Notes under the pieces: model-generated
Database searches by the model: none
Told to the model about the DNA's origin: nothing
Seen by the model: the letters and a program-made list of their open reading frames with translations, nothing else
Position numbers and translations under genes: made by a program
Shown: positions 10,709-19,927 of the stretch, piece by piece
Layout of the letters: every line of letters begins with the position of its first letter
How positions within the stretch are numbered: position 1 is the stretch's first letter
Source of the DNA: Cenarchaeum sp.
Lineage (GTDB): Archaea; Thermoproteota; Nitrososphaeria; Nitrososphaerales; Nitrosopumilaceae
NCBI GenBank assembly: GCA_965242695.1
Contig: CBDESU010000002.1
Span: 1,376,001 to 1,440,000, forward strand
Direction: 5' to 3'
Length of the DNA: 64,000 nucleotides

Positions 10709-11161
10709 CTACCGGTACGACTTTTGCCTGCGCCGGCGGGCGCCCGGGCCGCCGAACTTCTTGGGCTCCTTGCGCCGGGCATCGCCGCTGATCAGGTACT
10801 TGTCGAACATGTCGATCTTTGCGCGCAGCTCCTCGCGGACGGTCCTCTGCAGCGGGTGCGCCCTCGGCTCCCTCCTAGACTTTGTGCGGCCGACAAGCGC
10901 GCGCGATATGCCCGTCGCCGCCGCGCCGGCCTGGCCCATGTAGCCGCCGCCGCTGACCCTCACCGATATGTCGACCCTGTCGCGGACGTCGACGCCGGCG
11001 ATCTCGAGCGGAGCGAGTATGGTCTCGCGGGCCGAGGCCTGCCCGATCATCTCGACGGGCACGTTGTTGATCCTCACGCGGCCGGCCCCTTTCGTAATGT
11101 ACACGTGCGCCTTTGACGCCTTGCGCGTGGCGTAGTATATCTCGGCCTTTTGCGACGTCAT
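10709..11161 (-). CDS. rps9: 30S ribosomal protein uS9
   Basis: ATG 11161: MTSQKAEIYYATRKAS...GGGYMGQA...DARRKEPKKFGGPGARRRRQKSYR. Confidence 0.97.
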   Translation of the reverse strand: MTSQKAEIYYATRKASKAHVYITKGAGRVRINNVPVEMIGQASARETILAPLEIAGVDVRDRVDISVRVSGGGYMGQAGAAATGISRALVGRTKSRREPRAHPLQRTVREELRAKIDMFDKYLISGDARRKEPKKFGGPGARRRRQKSYR

Positions 11162-11943
11162 CGCGTCCACCCCACGGCGTCGCCGAGGCTCTCCATAGTG
11201 GTGTACCCAGACGGGGCCCTCTTTATCATGGCCCTCTCGAACCTGACCCTCCTGTACGCGCCGAGCTCCCTCGGGGCGCCAATGTACGCGCGCAGGCGCC
11301 GGAGCGCGGCCCTGCCGGACGGCTTTTCCCTCGGCAGCATGCCCCTGATCATCCGCGAGATTATCGTGTCCGGGCGCCTCGGGTGGAACGGGCCGTGCTT
11401 GGGATGCAGTATGCTTGCAATCTCGAGAAACTCCCTGTACTCGCCGACGATGCTGCTGCGGGTGCCGCTGATCATGATCCGCTCGCAATTGACTATCGAG
11501 ACGCGGTTGCCGCCGAGGAGCAGCTTTGCCACGTTGGAAGCGAGGCGCCCTGCCACGTGGTTTGTCGCATCGACGACGATGGGGCAGTCCCTGCCGGCCA
11601 CCGCCTCGCGCGCCGCGCGCCGCTCGGCCCTGCTCTTCCTAGTGCGCGCCGCTCCGCCCTTTTGCGGCCCAGACTTTGATGCGACTGCGGGCAGCTCGAT
11701 CTCGGGCCTCGGCCCGCCCTGCTCGCCGGCCGCCCGATCCTCCCCGGCTCCCTGTTGCTCCTTGCGCGGCTCGGCCTCCGAGTCCTTGCGCGGCTCGGCC
11801 TCCGGCTCCTTGACCTCCGAGTCCTTGCGCGGCTCGGCCTCCGGCTCCTTGACCTCCGAGTCCTTGCGCGGCTCGGCCCCAGACTCCTCGGCCGACCGCC
11901 GCTCTTCGCCGGCAGCCCGCTCCTCGGCCTTGTCGTCAGCCAA
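11158..11943 (-). CDS. rpl13: 50S ribosomal protein uL13 with long acidic, repetitive N-terminal extension
   Basis: IVVDATNHVAGRLAS..AK, GPFHPRRPD.I..RMIRGMLP. Confidence 0.93.
   Translation of the reverse strand: MADDKAEERAAGEERRSAEESGAEPRKDSEVKEPEAEPRKDSEVKEPEAEPRKDSEAEPRKEQQGAGEDRAAGEQGGPRPEIELPAVASKSGPQKGGAARTRKSRAERRAAREAVAGRDCPIVVDATNHVAGRLASNVAKLLLGGNRVSIVNCERIMISGTRSSIVGEYREFLEIASILHPKHGPFHPRRPDTIISRMIRGMLPREKPSGRAALRRLRAYIGAPRELGAYRRVRFERAMIKRAPSGYTTMESLGDAVGWTR
11758..11880 (-). repeat. 39-bp tandem repeat (EAEPRKDSEVKEP) in the uL13 extension
   Basis: tccttgcgcggctcggcc recurs four times; two full 39-bp units plus partial units. Confidence 0.85.
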
Positions 11944-12283
11944 GCAGGGCCACCTCCTTTCCCGTGGGATGCCTAGAGGTCATCTCGGCAAAGCTGATCA
12001 CGCTGCCGCCGGCCGCGGCGATCTTGCCGGCAACCGCCTCGGACATGCCGAACGCCGATATCGTAATGCCGTGCCCGATGCTGCCCGTGCCGAGAACCTT
12101 GCCGGGCACGACGACCACGTCCCCGTCCTTTGTCAGGCCCGCGATCTTGTTGAGGTTGACCGTCCTGCGGGCCCTTGTCGGCTTCAGCGCCAGCCTTGAC
12201 AGGCGCCTCCAGATCGGCGCCCTGCCGCCGCCATAGGCCTTGTACAGGTCGCGCGACAGGCGCACTGTGAGCGGGTTGGTCAT
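11936..12283 (-). CDS. rpl18e: 50S ribosomal protein eL18
   Basis: MTNP...PIW...RARRTVNLNKI...VVVPGKVLGTG. Confidence 0.95.
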   Translation of the reverse strand: MTNPLTVRLSRDLYKAYGGGRAPIWRRLSRLALKPTRARRTVNLNKIAGLTKDGDVVVVPGKVLGTGSIGHGITISAFGMSEAVAGKIAAAGGSVISFAEMTSRHPTGKEVALLG

Positions 12284-12399
12284 TTACGGCCGCGCACTTG
12301 CGCCCAAATATAATATCTTGCCGGCTCGCGCCGGCGCGAGGCTTGGCTGAGGGGGCTCTACAGGGGGCTGCAGCGGCGCCGGCCGGCGCGCCTGCCGGC

Positions 12400-13440
12400 A
12401 TGCCGCGCGGACGCGGCGCCGGTTCGGAGGGGCCGGCCGGCGCGCCTGCCGCGGCAGCAGCAGCGCCAACAGCGCCGGCCGGCGCGCCTGCCGGCAGGTT
12501 TACCTTTCCAATGTCGGTGGCGGCCCTCCCGGGCGGGCGCATCTGCGTGGCAGACCGCCGCGCGTGCCGTTTGCGGGTGTACGGGCCGGCCGGCCGGCTC
12601 GAGCTCGCGCTCGGGTCCCGCGGCGGGCGGCCCGGGCAGTTCGCCCATCCGGCCGGCGTCGCATCCCTCCCCGGCGGGCGCATCTGCGTGGCCGACTGCG
12701 AAAACCACCGCGTGCAGGTGCTCGGGCCCCGCGGCGCCGGGTTCGTACCAGAGGCCGCGTTCGGCTCGCGCACGCCGGCCGCCGCCGCGGCCGCACAGGG
12801 CAGGGCCGCGCCGCCCGGGACGTTCCTCTTCCCACTCGGAGTCGCATCCCTCCCCGGCGGGCGCATCTGCGTGGCGGACACAAAGAACCACCGCGTGCAG
12901 GTGCTCGGGCCCCGCGGCGCGTTCGAGCTCGGGCTGGGATCCCGCGGCGCCGCGCGCCGCTCCTCCCTGCGCAGCCCGCTGGCGGTGGCGGCCGGCCCCC
13001 GCGGCCGCGTATATGCCGCCGGCGGCCTCTGCAGGACGGGGCCGGGCGGGGCGGGGGCCTGCGCGGATGCCGTGCACGTGTTCGGCCCCGCTGGCGATCT
13101 CGAGTTTGCGTTCGGGCCGCACGGGGCCGGCCGCGGCATGGTCGACTCGCCGTCGGGCCTCGCCGTCGACGCGCGCGGCTGCATCATACTCGCCGACACC
13201 GGCAACGACCGCGTGGTAGCATTCGACGATTCGGGCCGGTTCTCGCACGAGCTGGCGGGGCCCGCCCGCGGCGTCCGCGTCCGGAGGCCCACAGGGGTGG
13301 CGGTGCGCGCCGACGAAAGCGTGTGCGTTGCCGAGTCGTACGACAGCGGCGTGCTGGTGATCGATCCGTGCGGGATGGAGCTGCTCAGGTTCGGCGCCGG
13401 CGGGACGGGACGGGGGCCGGCGCCAGCCTCCGCTACCTGA
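12400..13440 (+). CDS. NHL-repeat beta-propeller protein (start uncertain)
   Basis: Repeated F..P.GVA...GRICVAD..NHRVQV, PSGLAVD..G.I.LADTGNDRV, PTGVAV; near-identical internal DNA repeats. Confidence 0.8.
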   Translation: MPRGRGAGSEGPAGAPAAAAAAPTAPAGAPAGRFTFPMSVAALPGGRICVADRRACRLRVYGPAGRLELALGSRGGRPGQFAHPAGVASLPGGRICVADCENHRVQVLGPRGAGFVPEAAFGSRTPAAAAAAQGRAAPPGTFLFPLGVASLPGGRICVADTKNHRVQVLGPRGAFELGLGSRGAARRSSLRSPLAVAAGPRGRVYAAGGLCRTGPGGAGACADAVHVFGPAGDLEFAFGPHGAGRGMVDSPSGLAVDARGCIILADTGNDRVVAFDDSGRFSHELAGPARGVRVRRPTGVAVRADESVCVAESYDSGVLVIDPCGMELLRFGAGGTGRGPAPASAT

Positions 13441-14029
13441 GATCGTCTATCGACGACTTGAAGTCGCCCAGCCTGCTGGACAGCTCGGCCACGCCGGCCA
13501 TGACGATCCGCTCGGGGAGTATCGCGCCGGTCGACTCTACCGTGAGCAGCCTCTCGTCGGGCGATGCACCGGACTCGGTCAGCACGGACACGTTGGCCGA
13601 GTTCCACTTTGCGTGGTCGGAGCCCTTGCCGAGCCTTGCGTACGCCTCGAGGCGCACGGACTGGCCCGGCGCGAGCTCGACGATCGGAATGTCGCCAGAC
13701 ACGGGCTTGACGTAGCTGTCCTCGGACGAGAGCTCCCTGGACAGGACGGTCCTGGTCTTGTGATCGGCCCTCGCATCTAGGGTGAGCATGACCTTGTCGT
13801 CGACCTCGTCCGTGGGGTCCGTCCTGAGCGGCACCAGGCCGAGCCTGTGGGCCACGGCCTCGTCGGCCATGACGGACGTGTTCTCCAAGACGTCCACGGT
13901 GTCGATGGCGTACACCGGTATGCCGTTGAGGCAGATGCGCCTCAGGGCGTTCGTGTACTGCACGGGCACGCCCTTTATCTTGAGGGTTATCCTTTTCTTG
14001 TCAAGGCTGACGACCTCTAGGGATGCCAA
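13433..14029 (-). CDS. rpoD: DNA-directed RNA polymerase subunit D (Rpo3)
   Basis: TTG 14029: MASLEVVSLDKKRITLKIKG..NALRRICLNGIP..ENTSVMADE.VAHRLGLVPL..GKGSDHAKW; TTTTATAAA ~25 nt upstream. Confidence 0.95.
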   Translation of the reverse strand: MASLEVVSLDKKRITLKIKGVPVQYTNALRRICLNGIPVYAIDTVDVLENTSVMADEAVAHRLGLVPLRTDPTDEVDDKVMLTLDARADHKTRTVLSRELSSEDSYVKPVSGDIPIVELAPGQSVRLEAYARLGKGSDHAKWNSANVSVLTESGASPDERLLTVESTGAILPERIVMAGVAELSSRLGDFKSSIDDLR

Positions 14030-14454
14030 CGAGCGGTGCGGCCCTTGAACTTTATAAAAGTCTAGGCTCGCATGCGCCCCCTGCGCGGCGCCCGTCCGCC
14101 CTGCGGCGCCGGCTTGCCGCGACCGGCGCCGCCCCTGCCGCACGGCCGCTCCCGCGCGCAGGCGCCCGTTGCGGCCTGCTCGGAGGGGAGGGGGCGGCGG
14201 CGGCTTGGCCCGACCGGGATCGGCGAGCAGGTGGCCGGCCCGCGGCGCGCCGGGACCGGACGCCGGATATGCCTGCCGGTCCTGAGCCTAGACGCGCCGC
14301 GCGCGGCGCAGAGCGCCGCTGCCGGCGCGCTGCTTTTATGGGCCGCGCGCATGCGCACGGCGTGAAGCGAAGGGCGCGGCGAAGAAGCGTCGCGCGGCGG
14401 GCCGCGCAGGCGGCCGGCCCGCCGGACATCGGCATGCCTGGCCCGCTGCACGGC

Positions 14455-15249
14455 ATGGCGAATGGCGAGTCGGATCCGTTCGCGGCGGATCCTGAGCCGA
14501 GTGTCAGGCGGGCAATCGAGGCCGAGGAAGATGCGGCAGAGATCGAGAGGGCCGCGGCGTCGGGCGAGTCGCCAGGGGCCCGGCGGGAGATGGAGGCCAG
14601 GCGGGCGGCCGAGGCCGAGGAGGCCAGGCGGGCGGCCGAGGAGGCCAGGCGGGCGGCCGAGGCGGTCGAGTGGCCGTCGCTGGTCGAGGCGGAGCGGACG
14701 GGCGAGGCCGGCGACTACCTGGCCGCGGCGGCGGACCTGCTGAACGAAGGCGAATACGAGATGTCGGACGAGGCGGCCATGAAGGCCGCAGAGGCGGCGG
14801 CGGGGCTGACGGCAGGGGCCAAGCGGGACGCGGCTGCCAGGATGGCGGCGGCGCGCGAGCAGGGCATCGCGGCCAAGCGAACGGGCGAGGCCGGAGACTA
14901 CCTGGCCGCGGCGGCGGCGTGGCTGAGTGCCGGCGAATACGAGCTGTCGGACAGGGCGGCCGAGAAGGCCGCGAAGGCGGCAGCCGGGCGCGCGGACGGG
15001 GCGGCCGAGAAGGCCGCGAAGGCGGCATCCATGCATGCGATTGCGGCCGGGCGGATGGCTGTGCGCGATCGTGCGGCCGCCGCGCGGGCTGCGCGCTACA
15101 AGGCGGACGTCGCCGAGCGAACGGGCGAGGCCGGAGACTACCTAGCCGCGGCGGCGGCGTGGCTGGACGCGGGCGAGCATGCACTGTCGGAGGAGGCCGC
15201 AGGCAGGGCGGCAGGGGTGGCGGCCCAGAGGGCGGAAGAGGGCAGGTAG
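14455..15249 (+). CDS. Ala/Glu-rich helical repeat protein, unknown function (start uncertain)
   Basis: Three copies of RTGEAGDYLAAAA.(W)L..GEY..S..AA..AA..AA; coding-like codon usage. Confidence 0.6.
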   Translation: MANGESDPFAADPEPSVRRAIEAEEDAAEIERAAASGESPGARREMEARRAAEAEEARRAAEEARRAAEAVEWPSLVEAERTGEAGDYLAAAADLLNEGEYEMSDEAAMKAAEAAAGLTAGAKRDAAARMAAAREQGIAAKRTGEAGDYLAAAAAWLSAGEYELSDRAAEKAAKAAAGRADGAAEKAAKAASMHAIAAGRMAVRDRAAAARAARYKADVAERTGEAGDYLAAAAAWLDAGEHALSEEAAGRAAGVAAQRAEEGR

Positions 15250-15328
15250 GAACCAATACCCACACCATGCCAGAATCCTGCAGCGCATGCCGCGCGCCGC
15301 GCCGTCCGCTCCCCCTGCGGCCCGCGCA

Positions 15329-15435
15329 GCCACCGTCGCCGCGCCCCCACGGCCCCTGTCCATCTTGGTCTTGACCAGGTGGTAGGCGTAGGGGACGGCG
15401 CCACCGTCGCCGCGCCCCCACGGCCCCTGTCCATC
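15329..15435. repeat. Two identical 36-bp direct repeats with a 35-bp spacer
   Basis: gccaccgtcgccgcgcccccacggcccctgtccatc at 15329-15364 and 15400-15435. Confidence 0.85.
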
Positions 15436-15645
15436 CCTGCCTGCGTCGACCCGCGCCCCGACGCGGGGCCGACCGAGCGCGAGCAGCAGGCGCGCCCCGG
15501 CCATGGCCGGCGGGCAGCCCCAACTCCTGGGCGAGCGCCGGCCGCGCCCCGCTGCCCGGCGATCTCCCTCCCCCCCCTGCCCTGACCCTGCGCCCCCGCA
15601 GGCCGCCCATCAGATAAATAGCGAGTACCCGGCGGCTCCGCCGCA

Positions 15646-16332
15646 ATGGCCGAGGTTACGGTGGTGCGCTACGCGCACGCCGGCGACAAGTTCGAGATAC
15701 TCGTAAGGCCCGACCCCGCCCTGGACTACCGGCTTGGCCGCAAAAGGGACATTGCGTCGGTCCTCGTCTCGGACGACGTCTACTCGGACTCGGGCAAGGG
15801 GACAAAGCCGCCGTCCGAGCGCCTGCTCAAGGCGTTCGGCACCGACGATGCGTCCGCCGTCGCAAAGGTCATACTGGAGGGCGGCGAGCTGAGCCTGACG
15901 ACCGACCAGCGCCGCCGCATGATCGAGGAAAAGCGCCGGCAGGTCGTCGAGCACATCGCAAAGACGTACGTCGACCCGCGCACGCACCTGCCGCACCCGC
16001 CCCTGCGCATCGAGCAGGCCATGAAGGAGGCGCGCGTGTCGATCGACCCCCAAAAGGGCGCCGGCGACCAGGTCAAGGACGTCGTGGAGCGGCTGCGGGG
16101 CGTGGTCCCCCTCAAGTCCGAGAACGTGGCACTTGACATTACCGTCCCCGCGCAGTTCGTGCCAAAGTCCTACTCGGTCCTAAAGTCGTCGGGCACGCTA
16201 AAGGGCGAGACCTGGGGGCAGGACGGATCCCTAAAAGCAATACTAGAAATACCGGCCGCGGCGCGCCCCCGCGTGATCGACAGGCTCGGCTCGGCCACAA
16301 AGGGCACCGCAACGGTAGAGGTAAGGCAGTGA
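15646..16332 (+). CDS. Ribosome maturation factor SBDS/Sdo1
   Basis: GDKFEILV, AFGT.D, LTTDQRR, DPRTHLPHPPLRIEQAM. Confidence 0.95.
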   Translation: MAEVTVVRYAHAGDKFEILVRPDPALDYRLGRKRDIASVLVSDDVYSDSGKGTKPPSERLLKAFGTDDASAVAKVILEGGELSLTTDQRRRMIEEKRRQVVEHIAKTYVDPRTHLPHPPLRIEQAMKEARVSIDPQKGAGDQVKDVVERLRGVVPLKSENVALDITVPAQFVPKSYSVLKSSGTLKGETWGQDGSLKAILEIPAAARPRVIDRLGSATKGTATVEVRQ

Positions 16333-17006
16333 TGGCTGGCATGAGGCGGCAGCAGGTCATGCCGGGAGACGTCATCACCTCGGGCTCCTACCGCCCCGAT
16401 GCGAACACCGTCACGATGGACGGCAGCATCGTCTCGACGGCCGTCGGCATGTCCGAGATATACGAGGATACCGTACGCGTCATACCCATGGCCGGCATGT
16501 ACTATCCGCTCGTCAACGACTTTGTCATCGCCATGATCACCTCGCACACGTCGCTCGCCTGGGAGGCCGAGATGAACTCGTGCTATGTTGGGTTCCTGCC
16601 CGCAAGCGACGTGTTTGGGCGCGACTTTGCCTCCCACGCCGACGCCCTCACGTCGCGCCTCAAGAAGGGCGACCTGATCGCGGCCCGCGTGGCCAACTTT
16701 GACCGCACGCGCGACCCGCTGCTCACGGTCGCCGACCGCGACCTCGGCAAGATCGACGCCGGCGAGCTGGTTCGGGTCACGCCTGGCAACGTCTCGCGGC
16801 TGATCGGCAAGCGCGGGTCGATGATCCAGGCCATCGAGACGGCCACCGACTCGGTCGTCACGATCGGCCAGAACGGGTGGGTCGTAATCTCGTGCGAGAG
16901 CCCCGATGGCTTATTAAAGGCAAAAAGGGCCGTGCAGGTGATTGAGGCGCAGTCTAACACGCCAAACCTCACGGAGCGCGTCAAGTCGCTCTTGGCGTCA
17001 GGGTGA
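16332..17006 (+). CDS. rrp4: Exosome complex RNA-binding protein Rrp4
   Basis: VMPGD, YYP..ND.VI, S1 domain + KH (RLIGKRGSMI, IGQNGWV). Confidence 0.95.
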   Translation: MAGMRRQQVMPGDVITSGSYRPDANTVTMDGSIVSTAVGMSEIYEDTVRVIPMAGMYYPLVNDFVIAMITSHTSLAWEAEMNSCYVGFLPASDVFGRDFASHADALTSRLKKGDLIAARVANFDRTRDPLLTVADRDLGKIDAGELVRVTPGNVSRLIGKRGSMIQAIETATDSVVTIGQNGWVVISCESPDGLLKAKRAVQVIEAQSNTPNLTERVKSLLASG

Positions 17007-17009
17007 TGC

Positions 17010-17795
17010 ATGATGGGCGGGCGAGACACGGACGTCGTACTGCTCGACAAGGACGGGCTGAGGTGCGACGGGCGCAGGATCGACCAGACGCGGCGCGTGG
17101 AGATAAAGGCCGGCGTCCTCAAGAACGCCCACGGCTCGGCGTACATCGAGTTCGGCGACAACAAGATACTCGCCGGCGTGTTCGGGCCGCGCGACGTACA
17201 CCCAAAGCACCTCTCGGACACGGACACGGGCATCCTGCGCTGCCGCTACCACATGTCGCCGTTCTCCGTGTCCGACCGCAAGAACCCCGCCCCGTCGCGC
17301 CGCGAGATCGAGATATCAAAGGTCATCAAGGAGGCCCTAGAGCCGGCCCTCATGCTAGAGCAGTTTCCGCGCACCGTCGTCGACGTGTTCATGGAGATAC
17401 TCCAGGCCGACGGCGGGTCGCGCTGCGCTGCCCTCGCCGCCGCCTCGGTGGCGCTCGCCGACGCGGGCATCCCGATGAGGGACATGGTGAGCGCGTGCGC
17501 CGCCGGCAAGGTGGCCGACACGATAGTCCTCGACGTCAACAACGAAGAGGACCAGGCCGGCCAGGCGGACATGCCCGTGGGATACATGCCGAACCTGGAC
17601 AGGGTCACGCTCATACAGCTAGACGGCGTGCTCACGCCCGACGAGTACGGGCTGTGCATGAGGACTGCGATTGACGGGTGCAGGCAGGTGTACGAGGTGC
17701 AAAAGCGGGCGCTGGCCGACAAGTACTTTACGGGCGGCGAGGGCGGCGGCCGCGAGAGGACGGCATCGATGGGGGGGCGCGTAGTTGGTGCATAG
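17010..17795 (+). CDS. rrp41: Exosome complex exonuclease Rrp41
   Basis: R.DGR, GSAYIEFG.NK, PSRREIEISKVI, QADGGSR, ADMP. Confidence 0.97.
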   Translation: MMGGRDTDVVLLDKDGLRCDGRRIDQTRRVEIKAGVLKNAHGSAYIEFGDNKILAGVFGPRDVHPKHLSDTDTGILRCRYHMSPFSVSDRKNPAPSRREIEISKVIKEALEPALMLEQFPRTVVDVFMEILQADGGSRCAALAAASVALADAGIPMRDMVSACAAGKVADTIVLDVNNEEDQAGQADMPVGYMPNLDRVTLIQLDGVLTPDEYGLCMRTAIDGCRQVYEVQKRALADKYFTGGEGGGRERTASMGGRVVGA

Positions 17796-18729
17796 GACCA
17801 TTATCGACGACCTGAAGCGGTCGCGAATATTCAAGCTCGCCGACGACGGGCGGCGCCAGGACGGGCGCGGCATGGACGAGCCGCGCCGGCTGCGCATCGA
17901 GACCGGGGTCGTCCCAAAGGCCGAGGGATCGGCGCGCGTCTTTTTGGGCGACACAGAGGTGGTCGCCGGCGTAAAGGTAAAGCCCGACCGCCCGTTCCCC
18001 GACGTCGGCGACAGGGGGATATTCATCTGCACGGCCGAGGTGCTGCCGCTTGCGCACCAGGACGTCGAGACGGGGCCCCCGCAGCCGCCGGTGATTGAGC
18101 TTGCAAGGGTCGTCGACCGCGGCATCCGCGAGAGCGGCATGGTCGACCTCAAGCAGCTCGTGCTCGCGCCGAACAAGTCTGTCATCGGCGTGTTCGTCGA
18201 CAACAGCGTGATCGACGTCGACGGCAACCTGTTCGACGCGTGCTCGTACGCGTCGACCGCGGCCCTGCTGACGGCGCGCATACCAAAGTGGGAGTACCGC
18301 GACGATGCGCCGGCGCGCGTGGAGGGGCAGACCATGCCGGCTCCGATAACGACGGTGCCCGTCTCGGTGACGATGGCAAAGGTCCACGGCCAGATCATGG
18401 TCGACCCCACGCAGGACGAGTGGACCGCGATGGAGGCGCGCGTGACGATCACGACAAACTCGGACGGCAACATCTGCGCGCTGCAAAAGGGCGGGCCGTC
18501 TGGCTTTACGTACGACGAGCTGGAGCGGTGCGGCCGCCTGTCGGTGTCGATCGGCGCGCGCGTGCGCGAGACGATCAAGAAGGCGGCCCCTCCGCCGGCG
18601 GACGGCGGCGAAGGCGGCGGGTGCTGCGGCGGCCACGGCGGGGAGGACAGCTGCGGCGGCAGCGGCGGCCAGGGGCAGCCGCAGCCGCAGCCGTACATCC
18701 AGCCCGGGCCCTACGGCAGCGGCCCCTAG
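17785..18729 (+). CDS. rrp42: Exosome complex component Rrp42
   Basis: GRRQDGR, KAEGSARVFLGDT, ELARVVDRGIRES, DGNLFDA, ICALQKGG. Confidence 0.96.
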   Translation: MVHRTIIDDLKRSRIFKLADDGRRQDGRGMDEPRRLRIETGVVPKAEGSARVFLGDTEVVAGVKVKPDRPFPDVGDRGIFICTAEVLPLAHQDVETGPPQPPVIELARVVDRGIRESGMVDLKQLVLAPNKSVIGVFVDNSVIDVDGNLFDACSYASTAALLTARIPKWEYRDDAPARVEGQTMPAPITTVPVSVTMAKVHGQIMVDPTQDEWTAMEARVTITTNSDGNICALQKGGPSGFTYDELERCGRLSVSIGARVRETIKKAAPPPADGGEGGGCCGGHGGEDSCGGSGGQGQPQPQPYIQPGPYGSGP

Positions 18730-18750
18730 CACGGCGGGGGTGGGGGCGGC

Positions 18751-18960
18751 ACGGCGCGCAAAAAGTCGCTAAAGGGGCTCGGCGCCAGGTACGGCATCAA
18801 GATACGCAAGGAGTACACAAAGGTGCACCTGGGCCTAAAGGCCAAGAGGCAGTGCCCCGAGTGCGGCTCTGGGCGGTTTGGGCGCCTGGCCGTCGGCATC
18901 TGGCACTGCACAAAGTGCGGCTACAAGGTCGCCGGCACGGCGTATGACGTCAAGGTATAG
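18751..18960 (+). CDS. rpl37ae: 50S ribosomal protein eL43 (L37Ae); no in-frame ATG/GTG/TTG, apparent ACG start
   Basis: Manual translation (T/M)ARKKSLKGLGARYGIKIRKEYTKVHLGLKAKRQCPECGSGRFGRLAVGIWHCTKCGYKVAGTAYDVKV*; C4 zinc ribbon; missing from the ORF track. Confidence 0.92.
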   Translation, partial: TARKKSLKGLGARYGIKIRKEYTKVHLGLKAKRQCPECGSGRFGRLAVGIWHCTKCGYKVAGTAYDVKV

Positions 18961-19354
18961 CGCCCGCATCGGCGTTGCCGCGGGCGACAGGGCCGCGGCC
19001 GTCCTTGCCGCCGTCGAGGCCGACGCGCAGTTCCACCCGGACTCGGGCCAGGAGGCGGCCGTCCGCGTGCTGGCAGGCAGGGCCGCCGGCGCCGCCGCCG
19101 CCGGAGCCGATGCGCGGCCGGCCGGCGCCGGGGACATCCGCATAGGCATAGACGCCGACCAGCTGCCGCACCTGCGGGCCGGGGTCAGCTCTACCCTGCG
19201 CCTTGTCCAGGCAGCGTACGAGTCGATCGGGGCGGTCGCGGCCGCACCGGCGGCTGCGGCGCCCGGGAAAGGGGGGCCGCCGGCCGCCCGACACGGCCGC
19301 CCGCGGGCGGCGGGTCGGGGCCAGGGCGCGGCGGCCGCGGGCGGCCGGCGGTAG
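18944..19354 (+). CDS. pcc1: KEOPS complex subunit Pcc1
   Basis: ATG 18944; IRIGIDADQLPHLRAGVSSTLRLVQAAYES resembles Pcc1; canonical position between L37Ae and prefoldin. Confidence 0.75.
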   Translation: MTSRYSARIGVAAGDRAAAVLAAVEADAQFHPDSGQEAAVRVLAGRAAGAAAAGADARPAGAGDIRIGIDADQLPHLRAGVSSTLRLVQAAYESIGAVAAAPAAAAPGKGGPPAARHGRPRAAGRGQGAAAAGGRR

Positions 19355-19384
19355 AGATATATGAAAACGGCCGCGAGCCGCGGC

Positions 19385-19804
19385 GTGTCGAGCCCACAGC
19401 AGGTGCCCCCGTGGCTGCAGGAGCACATCCAGCAGTACCAGCAGGCGCAGCAGAACCTCCAGGTGATCCTGATGCAAAAGCAGCAGCTCGACATCGAGCG
19501 CGTCGAGTCTGACAAGGCGCTCGACGAGCTGAAGGCGGCCGACGACGAGCGGCCCGTCTACAAGCACGCCGGGACGATACTGATACGCTCGACCAAGTCT
19601 GCGCTGCTCGACGAGATCGAGGAGCGCAAGACGCTCGCCGCCACGCGCGCGCAGGTCCTCGCAAAGCAGGAGGCGCGCCTAAAGGCGATCATGAAGGAAA
19701 AGGAGGCGCAGATCCAGTCGATGATCCAGGGGGGCGGCGCGGGGGCCGCCCAGCCGGCGCCGGGCGGCGCAGGGGGCGTGGCGCCTCCGCCTCCGCCCGG
19801 CTAG
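19385..19804 (+). CDS. pfdB: Prefoldin subunit beta
   Basis: VPPWLQE..QYQQAQQNLQ.ILMQKQQ, VYKHAGTILI; GTG 19385 is ~25 nt after ATATATGAAA. Confidence 0.93.
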   Translation: MSSPQQVPPWLQEHIQQYQQAQQNLQVILMQKQQLDIERVESDKALDELKAADDERPVYKHAGTILIRSTKSALLDEIEERKTLAATRAQVLAKQEARLKAIMKEKEAQIQSMIQGGGAGAAQPAPGGAGGVAPPPPPG

Positions 19805-19927
19805 CCTGCCGCCTCGGGCCCGTGGTAGCCGGGAGGGGCAGGAGGCCTCAAGGGCCTCGGCCCGCCCGCCTACTCCGCCTCCCTCCTCCCGCGCACAGAT
19901 ATTATGCGAGCCGCCTGCCGGGCGGCC

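Noticed and set aside
15329-15435. CRISPR array call for the repeat-spacer-repeat units (also 27978 and 55534)
   Set aside because: Only two repeats each, different sequences per locus, no ATTGAAA(N)-like end, no leader or cas genes; kept only as unexplained repeats
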